Source: Eledone cirrhosa (taxonomy: Eukaryota). From it: a stretch of 64,000 bases of DNA. Positions 27,626-44,118 of this stretch are shown here, one piece after another. The stretch's first letter is position 1; every line of letters starts with the position of its first letter. The position numbers and the translations under genes were made by a program. Under the pieces are notes generated by a model. That model made no database searches. It was given only the letters and a program-made list of their open reading frames with translations, and had not been told where the DNA came from. The stretch covers positions 89,776,001 to 89,840,000 of the forward strand of contig OZ024743.1 in assembly GCA_964016885.1 (NCBI GenBank), given 5' to 3'.

Positions 27626-27887
27626 ATATATATATATATATATAAAGGAAAAATTTGAACAGGAACAAAACAGAGAGGCAGTACAACGAATGTTTATTAA
27701 TTTCACGCTCTGGAGAGTGGGGTGTTGGTGGGGAACGACGTTTCGGGCATAAGCCCTTCCTCGGGTGAGAAGTGTGTGGGAACAGAGTTCAAAGGGTGTG
27801 TAGGGGAGTGGTGGAGAGACATATAGCGAAAGGAAACGGTGCGAATGAAATTAAAAATAAAAATAAAAATAAAAATAAAGCATGATA

Positions 27888-28062
27888 ACAAAGGAATTAT
27901 GGTAAGGAACCAGATGGACCATAACGCACCAGAGTACTCAATACTTAGGGTAGTAGAGTGAGAAATAGGAAAAAGTATGACCTCAAGCCGTTTCGACGGC
28001 TATTTCTGGAGTCCAGAAATAGCCGTCGAAACGGCTTGAGCTCTGCCGTCGGGGTCATACTT

Positions 28063-28068
<6 letters not shown>
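27888..28068. repeat. Family F fold-back element
   Basis: ctcaagccgtttcgacggctatttctgga-g-tccagaaatagccgtcgaaacggcttgag is a perfect hairpin. Confidence 0.85.
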
Positions 28069-28109
<41 letters not shown>

Positions 28110-28168
28110 AATATTTATATATATATATATATATATACACAAACATATATATATATATATATACAAAC

Positions 28169-28278
<110 letters not shown>

Positions 28279-28281
28279 TAG

Positions 28282-28330
<49 letters not shown>

Positions 28331-28405
28331 TATATAGATATAGATATATACATATATATATACATATATATATATATACACACATATATATATATATATA
28401 TATAT

Positions 28406-28810
28406 ACGATATTAATAAATGGAAACTATATTTATAAAACCATATTTATTTCATTATACATATTTCAGGGATATCACATTAAATTATGGTATGCCTTCAT
28501 CAGACAAAATACAATATATAACAGGCTGTCTGGAAACTATCCAGACAGCCTCCAAAAGTAATGGTTGTATTTTAAAGGGTACGTCAAACCTATTTGTAAA
28601 ACTGTTATATATTGTATTTTGTCTGATGAAGGCATACCATAATTTAATGTGATATCCCTGAAATATGTATAATGAAATAAATATGGTTTTATAAATATAG
28701 TTTCCATTTATTAATATCGTATATCTACTCCAAAAATTTGTCGAGTGCTTTATATCAGTTATAAAAATATTTACTTGTTGTATCCCAACAACTTTAAATA
28801 GAACTTTTGC
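28406..28810. repeat. Family A fold-back element; HHRs at 28447-28512(-) and 28615-28679(+)
   Basis: Arms 28406-28517 / 28608-28721, then an ~85-nt tail. CTGATGA..GAAA-tatgta-TA core in each arm. Confidence 0.9.
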
Positions 28811-28842
28811 ATATATATATATATATACATATATATATATCC

Positions 28843-28873
<31 letters not shown>

Positions 28874-29234
28874 ACCACGTACGTACTAAGCAGCCAGCAT
28901 ATGTTTTATTTCTATTCTTTTTCTTACATAATCTGACACCTTGCCACCCCCACCCAGCCAGTCTCTGTTGCTTTGTGACCTCTCTCTCCCTTCCTCTCTC
29001 TCGCTCACCCCCCCCTCTCTTCTTTTCTCTCCCCCTCTCTCTCCCTTACTCTATCTCACCCCTCTCTCCCTTCCTCCTCCTCCCTTCTTCTCTCTCCCTC
29101 TCTCTCCATTCGCATCTCTCCCCCTCTCTCCTTCCCCCCTCTCCCCTCTCTCTCCGTTAAACACTCTCCACCGATTATGCTTGAAGCCAGCAAGGACAAT
29201 TAAAATAATTTTACACTTCAAAAGTCTACTTCCC

Positions 29235-29885
29235 CACCACTACCCCAAACACGACCGCCACCGCCACCACCACCGCCACCGCCACCACCACCGCCACCGC
29301 CAACAACAGCACGAGCACTAAAACCACCATCATTGCGGTCACCCTTAGACTCCCTCTACCACGAACAAACCAGCAATACCATCGCCGTCAACGTCACCAA
29401 CCACCACCACCACTACCGCCTCCACCACCACCACCACCACCACCACCACCACCACCACTACCGCCTCCACCACCACTACCACCACCTCCACCTCCACCAC
29501 CACCACCACCACTACCGCCTCCACCACCACCACCACCACCACCACCACCACCACCACCACCACCACTACCGCCTCCACCACCACCACCACCACCACCTCC
29601 ACCACTACCACCACCACCACCACCACCACCACTACCGCCTCCACCACCACCACCACCTCCACCACCACCTCCACCTCCACCACCACCTCCACCACCACCA
29701 CCACCACCACCACCACTACCACCACCACTACCACCACCACCACCACCAGCACTACCAACACCACCACCACCACCTCCACCACCACCACTACCACCTCCAC
29801 CTCCACCACTACCACCACCACCACTACCACCACCACCACCACCACCACAAGCAACAACCGCAGTAACAACAACCACAACAGCAAC
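29235..29885. repeat. (CCA)n trinucleotide-based tract
   Basis: ~600 bp of cca/cta/cct triplets, giving poly-His/Val/Gly pseudo-ORFs. Confidence 0.95.
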
Positions 29886-30181
29886 AGCACTCTCAGCGAA
29901 AGTACTAAGGGAATGCTAGCTCCCACACGATCCCATGCGGAATTCCATAACTGACAGGTTTATTAGAGTCACCAGCTGTAAGGAGAAGTAACCAGCGATT
30001 ACGTGATAGTTGTCACATAGAGAGATAGTTACCTTGCTGACGTAATAGACATAATAGGGCAGTGGAGCATTTCTCTGATGACATATATTCATGTGTGTGT
30101 GTGTGAGAAAATAACTATGTGAGTTTTTACACACACACGCACACACACACACACACATATATATATATTTATATATATATG

Positions 30182-30242
<61 letters not shown>

Positions 30243-30336
30243 ATATATATATATATATATGTGTGTGTATATATATATATATATATACGTATATATATAT
30301 ATATATATATATACGTATATATATATATATATATAC

Positions 30337-30436
<100 letters not shown>

Positions 30437-30451
30437 GTATATATATCTATC

Positions 30452-30598
30452 TAAGGCGGGTAAAATTCCCGAGATCCATGGACGAGTTCTCTCCAGCGGT
30501 CTCTGTCGCTGCCATGTCCTGCATCTCCAACAGACCAGTGTCTGTCCTTAGGGCATCAACATACGTTAACCTTGGTCTTCCTCTTCTAGTGTGTCCAT
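30452..30598 (-). mobile_element. RTE LINE extreme 3' fragment inside (TA)n
   Basis: Reverse complement reads [21 protein letters not shown]. Confidence 0.65.
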
Positions 30599-30654
30599 GT
30601 ATATATATATATACGTATATATATACGTATATATATATAATTATATATATATAC

Positions 30655-30698
<44 letters not shown>

Positions 30699-30884
30699 GT
30701 ATATATATACGTATATATATATATGTGTGTGTGTGTGTGTATGACTCAGACGGTGGAAAATTTATTGGAAAAGAATAAAGGCAAATCTGCATAAATATAT
30801 TATTTGAATCACAATATTTACATTCTTTTTTACAGAAATACACGGTACAAAATAACATATATTTTTATATATTCGTGTGTATTG

Positions 30885-30949
<65 letters not shown>

Positions 30950-31255
30950 GGGGGGGGGGGGGTGTATATATTTGTATATATATATATAATACATAATTGT
31001 TTCTTCTTTCGGCACAAGGCCAGCAATTACCCAGTGCATTACTGGTACTTTATTTTATCGACCCCGTAAGGATGAAAGGCAAAGTTAACCTCGACGGGAT
31101 TTGAACTCAGAATGGCAAGGGCCGTAACTCTGTGCGTCAAAGCATGGCGTCCGACCCTCTACCGATACTGCCATTCCACATACTGTATATTTATATATAT
31201 ACACAGTACAAAAAGAGCATATATATTTTTATATATTCGTGTGTATTTATGCACC

Positions 31256-31361
<106 letters not shown>

Positions 31362-32685
31362 CTAAATACACACGTAATATATAATTATATACGAATACTA
31401 CGAAACACGGTACTTCTTCGCTACGCAACTACGACTTATAGAATTTCAACAGTCAAAGAATGAAAGTGCTTACCTTTGTAAATATTTTGACATTTTTTTT
31501 TTTTTTGACATTAGAGTGCTGACACATTGTTAAATATTCAGTGTGACCTTGTCCTTATTAGTTTTATCTAGCAACTATAGTAATTAATGTGAGCAAAGCA
31601 TTAACTAGCCAAGTGTATCCAAAGTCAACAGAACCTAAAACGATTAACATTATATTTACGAGACACAATTACATTTCTTTGTAAAATTATAACGGTGGCG
31701 TTATGCCTTTTGTAATAATGAATTTGAACAATTATTAAAGGATATCTAACCACTTCCTGCTTTGTCGTCAATAATGGAATTTATCCGTGTATTATTTGTA
31801 AGAAAAATTCATAAATTTTGTTTTTTTCACCCATGAAAATACTTTCACTTTCTTCTAACAAAAGTACTTTACTCAGAATGGGAAATCCCCGTATTCGGTT
31901 GCTAAGAAAAAAATTATGTATTCTTATAACACGTTTATTGATCATGTAAAGAACGGGGTGCTCGTGCACGGAGATGCTATGAAATAGCTTATAAAATAGG
32001 GTGAAAACTCTTAAAAGCGGACAAAGAAGTTGCCATCGGCCACAATGTGGAATTGGACCCCATATCTCCCAGATATCGGTTAGGTCCTTTAAACCATTAA
32101 ACCAAAAGACTGTGGCAACTCTTTCTCTCTTAAATTGGACAGCTGAATCACAGCTTTTTTAAATGTCAACAAATATCGTGTATATGTAGCCGATCTTCCG
32201 GACTTTTACGAAGTGCTAAGGTGATAAGGTTAATATAAAGAATGGTGTGCTCATGTGCGGAAATGCTACAAAATAGCTTATAAAATAGGGTGAAGACCCT
32301 TAAAGACGGAAAAAGAAGGTGCCAGTATTGAATTTAAAATGAACGTTTACAATAAAAGTATCACCTTAGAGGTATCTGATAACGAATTTTTAACGTTCCC
32401 AGGTCAAGGGTAATAATTTGAGATGTAATGGCATTCGGAATTTGTTCATTGCGTAAAAAAAAAACAATGCAATATTCATTGGATATTAATTTCGTTCTTA
32501 AATGCAATGCTAAATATATAAGCAGCGCCATTAACTTTCTTGTAACAAAGTGGTCAATATGAAGTTATTTTTAAATTTGTAGGTTCAAACGTTTCTTTTT
32601 TTCTATAAAGAACAAATAAAATTCCTCTTATATATTATATAAGTGGTATATACCAAAAGTAAGGGTACTGATGTTTTATTTAAAT

Positions 32686-33137
32686 CATTGTTTCCCAAAG
32701 TGGACGGGACCGCCCCCCATGGGGGCGGGGCTTTGATATCGGGGCGGTTGGGGGCGACAGTGTAGTATTAAAAAAAAGAAAAAAAACAAGCTATTTATTA
32801 TTTAAATTTTTAACAATAAATAGCTTGTTTTTTTCTTTATTTTACAAATATATTTCATATGTATATTAAGCATTTATATAGACATCTATAATAAAGACAT
32901 CTATGAGATTGTGTAGATTCTACACAATCTCATAGATGTCTTTATTCTTATTGGCGAAATCACATTCTTTTTACATCTATGTTACTAATGATAAACTAAC
33001 ATCATCACCATCATTATTTAATATCCACTTTCTCTGCTAGTAAGGTTTGGATCATGTGTCATCACAGACTGATGGGGGGGGGGGGGTATTACGTGGCCGT
33101 GAGGGGGGCGGTGGCCCCAAAAGGTTGAGAACCTCTG
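32686..33137. mobile_element. hAT-like MITE
   Basis: Termini cattgtttcccaa / ttgagaacctctg; 8-bp TSD atttaaat at 32678-32685 and 33138-33145. Confidence 0.8.
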
Positions 33138-33339
33138 ATTTAAATGTATATTAAACGTACATGGAATTACAAGTTATTTCCTTCAAAATAGAGCCCTTGG
33201 GAAGTCACAAAATGGTTCCAACGTTTTTTGCCCTGATCATAGTAGTAATACCGGACGTCTTTATCTGTGAGTGTCTTTAGCTCGTTGTTCGATATTTTTC
33301 TGCATCACAAACGTAACAGAGGTTATAAATACGTTTGTA

Positions 33340-35356
<2,017 letters not shown>

Positions 35357-35363
35357 GTATATA

Positions 35364-35410
<47 letters not shown>

Positions 35411-35421
35411 GTATATATATG

Positions 35422-35472
<51 letters not shown>

Positions 35473-35473
35473 G

Positions 35474-35504
<31 letters not shown>

Positions 35505-35508
35505 GTAC

Positions 35509-35648
<140 letters not shown>

Positions 35649-36381
35649 CCATGCATGTATGTATTTGTATGTAGTGTATGTATGTGTACATAAACTCCAG
35701 AACACCAGTGAAGTTATGGTAACAATCCTTACATAATTTTAGCGTTTTATGGTATACTTAATTTCTCATTTAAATCCCATTAAATCTAACTTCTGATACT
35801 CTTACAAAATATTTCGTTCTGTTCTACGATCAAAACACTAAGCTATTGCCGTTGCTATAGAGCTTTTCGTTCTTTTAGTATAACAAGAAGCTTTGCTCGT
35901 TCGTTCATTTGTTTGTTTGTTTTCTTAGAAGTATGTTTTTATTTATTCACAGAAATGTTTCTTTTCAAATCAGTGAAATAAACAAATATAAACATAAGAT
36001 TATTTTCAATTACAGGCAGCAATTTGGTAGAGTCGTTAAACCATCGGATTAAACGCTTCAGTATTTCCTGCAAGAAAAAAAGATGAATGCCCTTTGCAAT
36101 AGACCTGAGAATACCAACAAAACAGTCGACAACAGAAGATAAATGAGTCTGGTAGAAGATAAGATTAAGCAGAGATTTTGCTCACATGTTTCGACATTCA
36201 GACACTCCGAAATGATATCATCGACTAGCCTGACGAAACGTACATAGGAATTAAAGGACTGAAGTATACCCCATAAAATAAAATAGGGAATACAAGGAAA
36301 AACCCAAATCATATATCAACGGAACGAAGAGATGTAGTCTTTGTACCAGTGAAACAACAAGAATACTCCATGGTTTAAAAT

Positions 36382-36461
<80 letters not shown>

Positions 36462-36468
36462 CGCGTGT

Positions 36469-36553
<85 letters not shown>

Positions 36554-37189
36554 CATCAGTGGATGTATACATGGATGTGCATGTCTGTGTGTACATTAAT
36601 GTATGTGTCGACGCAGCATGGCTGAATGGCTAAGAAGTAAGTTCGCTTTACAATCATTAGCTTTGCAGTTTGAGCCCCTGAGTTGTATTATAGTGTAGGT
36701 TAACATAGCCTGGGGCAGATCCATAAATTGTGAGTGAATTTGGTAAGTGGAAACTGTGTAGAATCCCGTCGGACTGTCTGTACCACTAAGTCAAAAGATC
36801 AGCCTCGTCACACACTGTGTCACACTGTATCTCCCTGAGAATTAGGTTATGGGTAGATGTGTTTAAGGAATACTCAGCCACATTCACGCTAATTTCATTT
36901 GCTGGCTGTTTCGTTGCTACACTCAGCGATGGAGATCCTTACCGCTCCATTCCAGTGTGTGCATATATATATATATATATACATATATATATGTGTGTGT
37001 GTATGTGTGTGTGTCTATGTGTGTCTGTGGGTGTGAATGTGTGTGCATGTATATGTATGTGTATATGTATATGTATATATGTGTGTGTATGTCGGTATGT
37101 GTATATATGTGTGCATGCAGGTGTCTTGTATAGTCTATTGAAAATATTTAGTACATGAAGCTTTCACTGCATGGACTGCTTTCTGCATT

Positions 37190-37309
<120 letters not shown>

Positions 37310-37444
37310 CACCTCGCTGTCAGGATTTGTGTGGACGCGTGTTCATACACTATATATAGCAGTGTATACATACATACACACATACATGCACACACACACC
37401 AAAACACACATATATATATATGTATGTATGTATATGTATACATG

Positions 37445-37540
<96 letters not shown>

Positions 37541-37542
<2 letters not shown>

Positions 37543-37825
37543 TTACTTCAGTATATATTAATAAATATAGACATTCAGGTGATCAAATATATTTTATTAT
37601 ATATATTTCAGAGGTACTGTGCTGTTTCCTCAGTACGTACTGAGGAAACAGCACAGTACCTCTGAAATATATATAATAAAATATATTTGATCACCTGAAT
37701 GTCTATATTTATTAATATTCTGAAGTAATATTAATAACTCCAGAAAACTTCATTGTTGAGTGCTTCTAATCTATTGTAAAGCCATATTCATTGATTAATC
37801 AATGAACCTTGTTTAACTTTTGGTC

Positions 37826-37826
<1 letters not shown>
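37541..37826. repeat. Loop-less palindrome (~95-bp arms, axis 37636/37637) + ~95-nt tail in (TA)n
   Basis: ...gctgtttcctcagtac|gtactgaggaaacagc..., perfect for more than 75 bp per arm. Confidence 0.95.
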
Positions 37827-37867
<41 letters not shown>

Positions 37868-38057
37868 GTGTATATGTATGTATATGTATATGCATATACA
37901 CACACACATATATATATATTTATTAAAATAACAGATTAAAGTTTATGTATATATATGTATATATATATATACATATATATATATGTGTATATGTATGTAT
38001 ATGTATATGCATATACACTAAAATAACAGATTAAAGTTTATGTATATATATGTATAT

Positions 38058-38091
<34 letters not shown>

Positions 38092-38145
38092 ATATACATA
38101 CATATATATATATATATATATACAATCATATATATATATATATAT

Positions 38146-38224
<79 letters not shown>

Positions 38225-39396
38225 TGCATATATGTACATATGTGTAGAGAATGCGTACGTGTGAGTGGGAGAGAGATTGGAAAGTGGGTGAAGGTCATTG
38301 TTTCTAGAAAGACAATACAGCTATAACTTTTGATCTTCTCTCCTGTTCTGTGAGTGTCTTTCACGCTGCACATATAGCACGTACATTCTGTTAATAGATG
38401 ATGCTGTGGGTGCTTTCACTTGCACATCAATTGCTGGCATAACTTCCACTAGCTGCAGTCAGTAAGTATTTCCATCTTGGCTAATTGCATTGTTTGGATT
38501 CTTCTTCACCAATGGAACTGGTATTCTATCGCTGGAATCGATAGAAAGAAAGACAGACTGATAGACATACAGATATGTTTATATGTATATATGGACCTGT
38601 AACCAGTGTGTCTTGAACATTTTAAACCCCTGGCGGAGCTCAACTCCTGTCCATGCCTGAACACAGTTGATTCGTTGCAGAGAGAAAGAGAGTGAAATAG
38701 AGAGAGATAGAGAAAGAAAGAGGGGAGAGAGACAGTGGTATAGAGAGACAGAGAGAGATCTAGATGAAGTGAGAAAGAGAATTAGAAGAAGAATCGATTC
38801 CAATACTGGACAGTCAAGGAAGTTCGTATATAAAGCACTCTCAAACATACATACATAGATGAGACAGCACGGAGTAATAGTGAAAGACTTTTTCCTGTGT
38901 TTACCAACATGCACGAACTAAACCCAATAGCTGAATCAATAGACTCAATGCGGTTATCATAGCTATGATAAAGCCCTATGATACGATACTAAGAGAAGTA
39001 AATCAGTTTGCATACGAATGTACTAACCCAGTCTCAACTGTAAATTGGTCATTGGTGACACCAACGATGTATTTAGATCAGTTTTGTACATACAGTTGTG
39101 TTTGCATGGGTGGCATATGTATGTATATTCAATCTCTCCACGCTCAATATTAGCTCTGATATTGAGAGACGAAAGATTGAATTTTATCAGTTCCCCTATC
39201 TCTCCACTCCGGGTGGATAAAAATAATTGTTTCTACTTTTGGCACAAGGCCAGCAATTACCCCAGTGCATTACTGGTACTTTATTTTATCTACCCCAGAA
39301 GGATGAAAGGCAAAGTTAACCAAAGTTAACTGTGCTATGTCTATGTATTGAGTACCTTCCTTACTGTGGTTACCCCCCGATTGAACCCGGGATAAA

Positions 39397-39582
<186 letters not shown>

Positions 39583-39584
39583 GC

Positions 39585-42135
39585 CAACATCGGTGTTAGT
39601 GAATGCTTTCAACGGAACAGCTGCAGAGAAGATCGCAAACAAAGTCGAAACGAGCTGTTCACCGGTTTCACGCCTGTCTCAATTAAGAAGGGCTATAGGA
39701 GCTCACCATGGACGCAAGCCCTCGCATCATCATGCAATGAACGTATAAACCCCGTAAAATTCTCAGGGCAACCCAGCTTCAAGAGTATATTTCAAAGGGT
39801 TTAGCGATTGATTTTACAAAGGCCTTCGTAAGATCAATAAAGTACTTGTACAGATCAAGCTGTTGCTCCTTACACTTCTGCATCTGTCGTACAGTGAAGA
39901 TCATATCTGCAGTGCCCAATATGAACGGAAACCCCCACTGAGATTCCGGCAGGATGTAAGGTGCAACGTGCATCAGCAGACGATTAGGAAGAATTGTAGC
40001 AAAGATTTTACCAAAAACTGATAGTAAATAGATCCCACCGTAGTTGTCAAAAACATCTTTGGGTCTGTTTTTAAAGTGAGAAACGAGAATGACATCCTTT
40101 CAGTCTTATTGAACTGCATCCTTCAACAACATATCGTTTACTTTAAGACCACTATTTCAGTCACTATACCATCTTTCCCAGGTGCTTTGCCAGAGTTCAT
40201 TTGTCTCACTGCAGTCTGACACCCATCCAATATAGGAAAATTATCAAGCTTATTAATGGCGGGAGTCTGCTTCATGGCCTCAGACACGTTGGGATTAACG
40301 AGAGATGCGTGCCTTATGAGGTGGTTAAAGCTTTCATGCCATCTTTCCTTGATTCCATCGGGCTTACGCAACACTTTGTTTCCATTCTTTGACAGCAATG
40401 GAACAAAGACTGTGGTATTTGCGCCATATACTGTGCCCAGTTCATAATATAATGATTTAGCATCACGCCTTTTATGGTGCTGCCATAAAGTTTTTACTGC
40501 TCGGTATTTGTGCTACACCAGCGCCTTACAATCTTTGAAAGCCTTCTCTAGCTGAGATTTTTCTTCATCTTCTTTCGAGTATGCAAAAACTTTTCCAAAC
40601 GTGTTTTCCTTCCTCTTAGAAGTTTTTCCACTAGTGGTTTATTTTCAGTAAACCAGTCCTCTTTTTTCTCACCGTAACCCAAAGTCGTGGTTGCAGCCTC
40701 ATAAAGTTGTTTGTTGAAAGACAGACATGCAGCATCACTGTTGATGACTTTAATTTACAGAACTGTGTCTTGAAAATTCTTTCGTCTTTCTGGGCAGGCC
40801 AATTGTGACGTTTATACGCCTCTGCAACTTGACACCACCATGTTTCATCTTCTTCCGAACAGGAACACGGAGAGATGATCATGACCCGTCGGAAACTTTG
40901 CGCCTCCCATGCAACGGATATATCTGACATCCCGAAAATCGTTACGTCTCACATAGTCAATAATATGCACATGACGTAAACATGGTTGCATTCAGGTTCC
41001 CTTCTACTTGTTCTTCTGTCTGAACCATCCTATGACAAGATCTAATTCCTGGCACATCTGTAACAGAAGTCCATTGCTATTACACTTTCCGTTTCTATGC
41101 TGCTCCATGTAGTAGAGTCATATCCAACACGAGCATTCAAATCACCAAAAACTAGAAGTTTGTCACCCTATTTACATTTTTCAAGACTATTCGCAGATCC
41201 GCGTAAAGTGTATATATTTCTTCTTGGGATCTTACAAGAGCAGAAGCGTACTCACTGACCAACGTGATAAAACAGTTAAATAGGATCGGCAACCTAAGTG
41301 TCATAATTCGATTGTAGATACTATATGGAAGCTCCGTCAGATGTTGCACCAGGGAGGTTCTTAGAGCAAAAGCGACTTCGGCTTCACGACGCTCATGTTT
41401 TTAGGGCGATCTTTGTAGAAAAAGATTTATCGAGAGACTGGTTTCTCTAGCTGAGCATTCTCAAGTATCCGTGTTTCAGAGAGAGCGACAATATCCGGTT
41501 TATACTGATGGAACACTTTACAGATAAGAGCAGTTTGACGTTCAGGATGATTTGAGCCTGGTAAATCCAATAACGTGCATACGTTCCAGATGTATTTTGT
41601 TCATTGCTTGTCTTAGTCATTTTCACTACAAGTATTTTTCCTGCAAAAGTGAACATGGCCAGCTTAGATGTAGGCAACGTGTGGGTTTGTTGACACGAAC
41701 TTCCAGCTTGTTAGGCTTGTACATATTACAGCTCTCCCCGCCGCTGCAGGTCTTTTGAATGAAACGCTGTTTGTTATCCGTTCGGGATCTAAGAAGTTCT
41801 TGTGAATGAATTTGATTATAGTAGGTGTGGATTGCACAGAATCACGCCAACTTTTCAGACAAAGATCAGCAGGAAAGACCGATGCCCCAACATAGGTTGG
41901 GATATCGAGCAGTTGATTCAGCTTTAGGTTTTCTACCAGAGTATCCTAGTAAACATTTTGATGGCTATACTCTTATGAGTTCCTCCGCCTTTTGACGCGT
42001 TTTGCTTTTCTTTACGTATGACGTTAAAATAAATGCCCCTCCTCACTAAGCTTGATAGGGTTGCCAGTTTAATCGCCGACGACCTAACCATGCAACAGGT
42101 TGGACTGGGTTACATGTTACGAGCGTATGAGAGCG
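39585..42135 (-). mobile_element. Degenerate RTE-clade LINE (5' UTR, APE, part of RT)
   Basis: GDLNARVG, GKAPGKDGI, GTADMIFTVRQ..EQQ..FIDLTKAF; many stops and frameshifts. Confidence 0.85.
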
Positions 42136-42246
42136 ACCTGACATTATATAATATATAGATAGATAGATACACATATATATGCTTGGTGGTCACAGATCTG
42201 TCCAGCTCGTTTGTCTACCAGCATATCATGAAAAAAATTATACATT

Positions 42247-42336
<90 letters not shown>

Positions 42337-42451
42337 GGTAAACAGAAATAACAGCACAATCGGTACAGTATATGGAAGGAGTATATTAGGTTAACGCTTG
42401 AAATAGCATATTTATATATGAGTGTCTATATACATATATGTGTGTAGGGGG

Positions 42452-42511
<60 letters not shown>

Positions 42512-42815
42512 CGTGTGTGTATGATATCTCCTTCGAGATCACTATCCCTTCACGTCTTTTGCTTTCTCTTCTCTCACTTTCCTCTCCATTCTAACTTTTG
42601 TTAACGCCGTGTAGTTTACCTGGTTGCGCTTAATTGGAAGGTTCAAACCCCAGGTAAGACACCTGGAAACCATCAAAGAATGTATTAGTAATAGTTTATA
42701 CATTCTCTAGCTTTCAAGGGCAAAACAAGGTAACCTTTTACAAACAGACACCAAAGTTTATATACATAGCTGATTCACACACATATACACACTTACACAC
42801 ACACTCACATGCGCA

Positions 42816-42885
<70 letters not shown>

Positions 42886-43063
42886 ATATATATGTATATA
42901 TATATATACATATATACATATATATAAATATATATACATATATACATACATATATACATATATATAAATGTATGTATATATATATATATATAAGTATATG
43001 TATGTATGTATATATTATATGTATATATATGTATGTATATATATATATATACATATTTGTATT

Positions 43064-43136
<73 letters not shown>

Positions 43137-43178
43137 TTGTATTTATATATAGTGTTTGTGTGTCTATGCAGATATGTG

Positions 43179-43374
<196 letters not shown>

Positions 43375-43473
43375 ATCACTCCTCCATCTCTCTCTCTCTC
43401 TCTCTCTATTAAGTTAGACATGGCCTGGGCCAATACTTGCCGAAACCTATCAAAGTTATCAAAGTTATCAAAG

Positions 43474-43529
<56 letters not shown>

Positions 43530-43542
43530 ATATATATATATA

Positions 43543-43576
<34 letters not shown>

Positions 43577-43597
43577 CTTACTTGATATATATATATA

Positions 43598-43924
43598 TAA
43601 CAAAGGAATTGTGGTAAGGAACCAAATGGACCATAACGCACCAGAGTACTCAATATTTAGGGTAGTAGAGTGGGAAATGGGAAAAAGTATGACCCTGACG
43701 GCAGAGCTCAAGCCGTTTCGACGGCTATTTCTGGGCTAAATTAGAATTTTTAGCCTGGTGAATAAATAGACGAACTTTTCAAGGGGTACTTCCTTATATG
43801 GGAAGATTGTAAGGAAGTACCCCTTGAAAAGTTCGGCTATTTATTCACCAGGCTAAAAATTCTAATTTAGTCCAGAAATAGCCGTCGAAACACCTTTAGC
43901 CCTGCCGTCGGGGTCATACTTTTT

Positions 43925-43929
<5 letters not shown>
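43598..43929. repeat. Family F fold-back element, longest arms (~115 bp), axis ~43802
   Basis: 43680-43795 is the reverse complement of 43810-43926; left tail 43598-43679. Confidence 0.9.
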
Positions 43930-43992
<63 letters not shown>

Positions 43993-44075
43993 AGTGATAG
44001 ACAGTGATATGGGTATAGATATAGATATAGACATTGATATGGATATAAATGGATATATATATATAGATATGTGCG

Positions 44076-44118
<43 letters not shown>

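Noticed and set aside
29333-29926. His-rich, Gly-rich and Val-rich ORFs (e.g. a beak- or cuticle-like protein)
   Set aside because: The (CCA)n tract is open in multiple frames on both strands, with no signal peptide or codon diversity.
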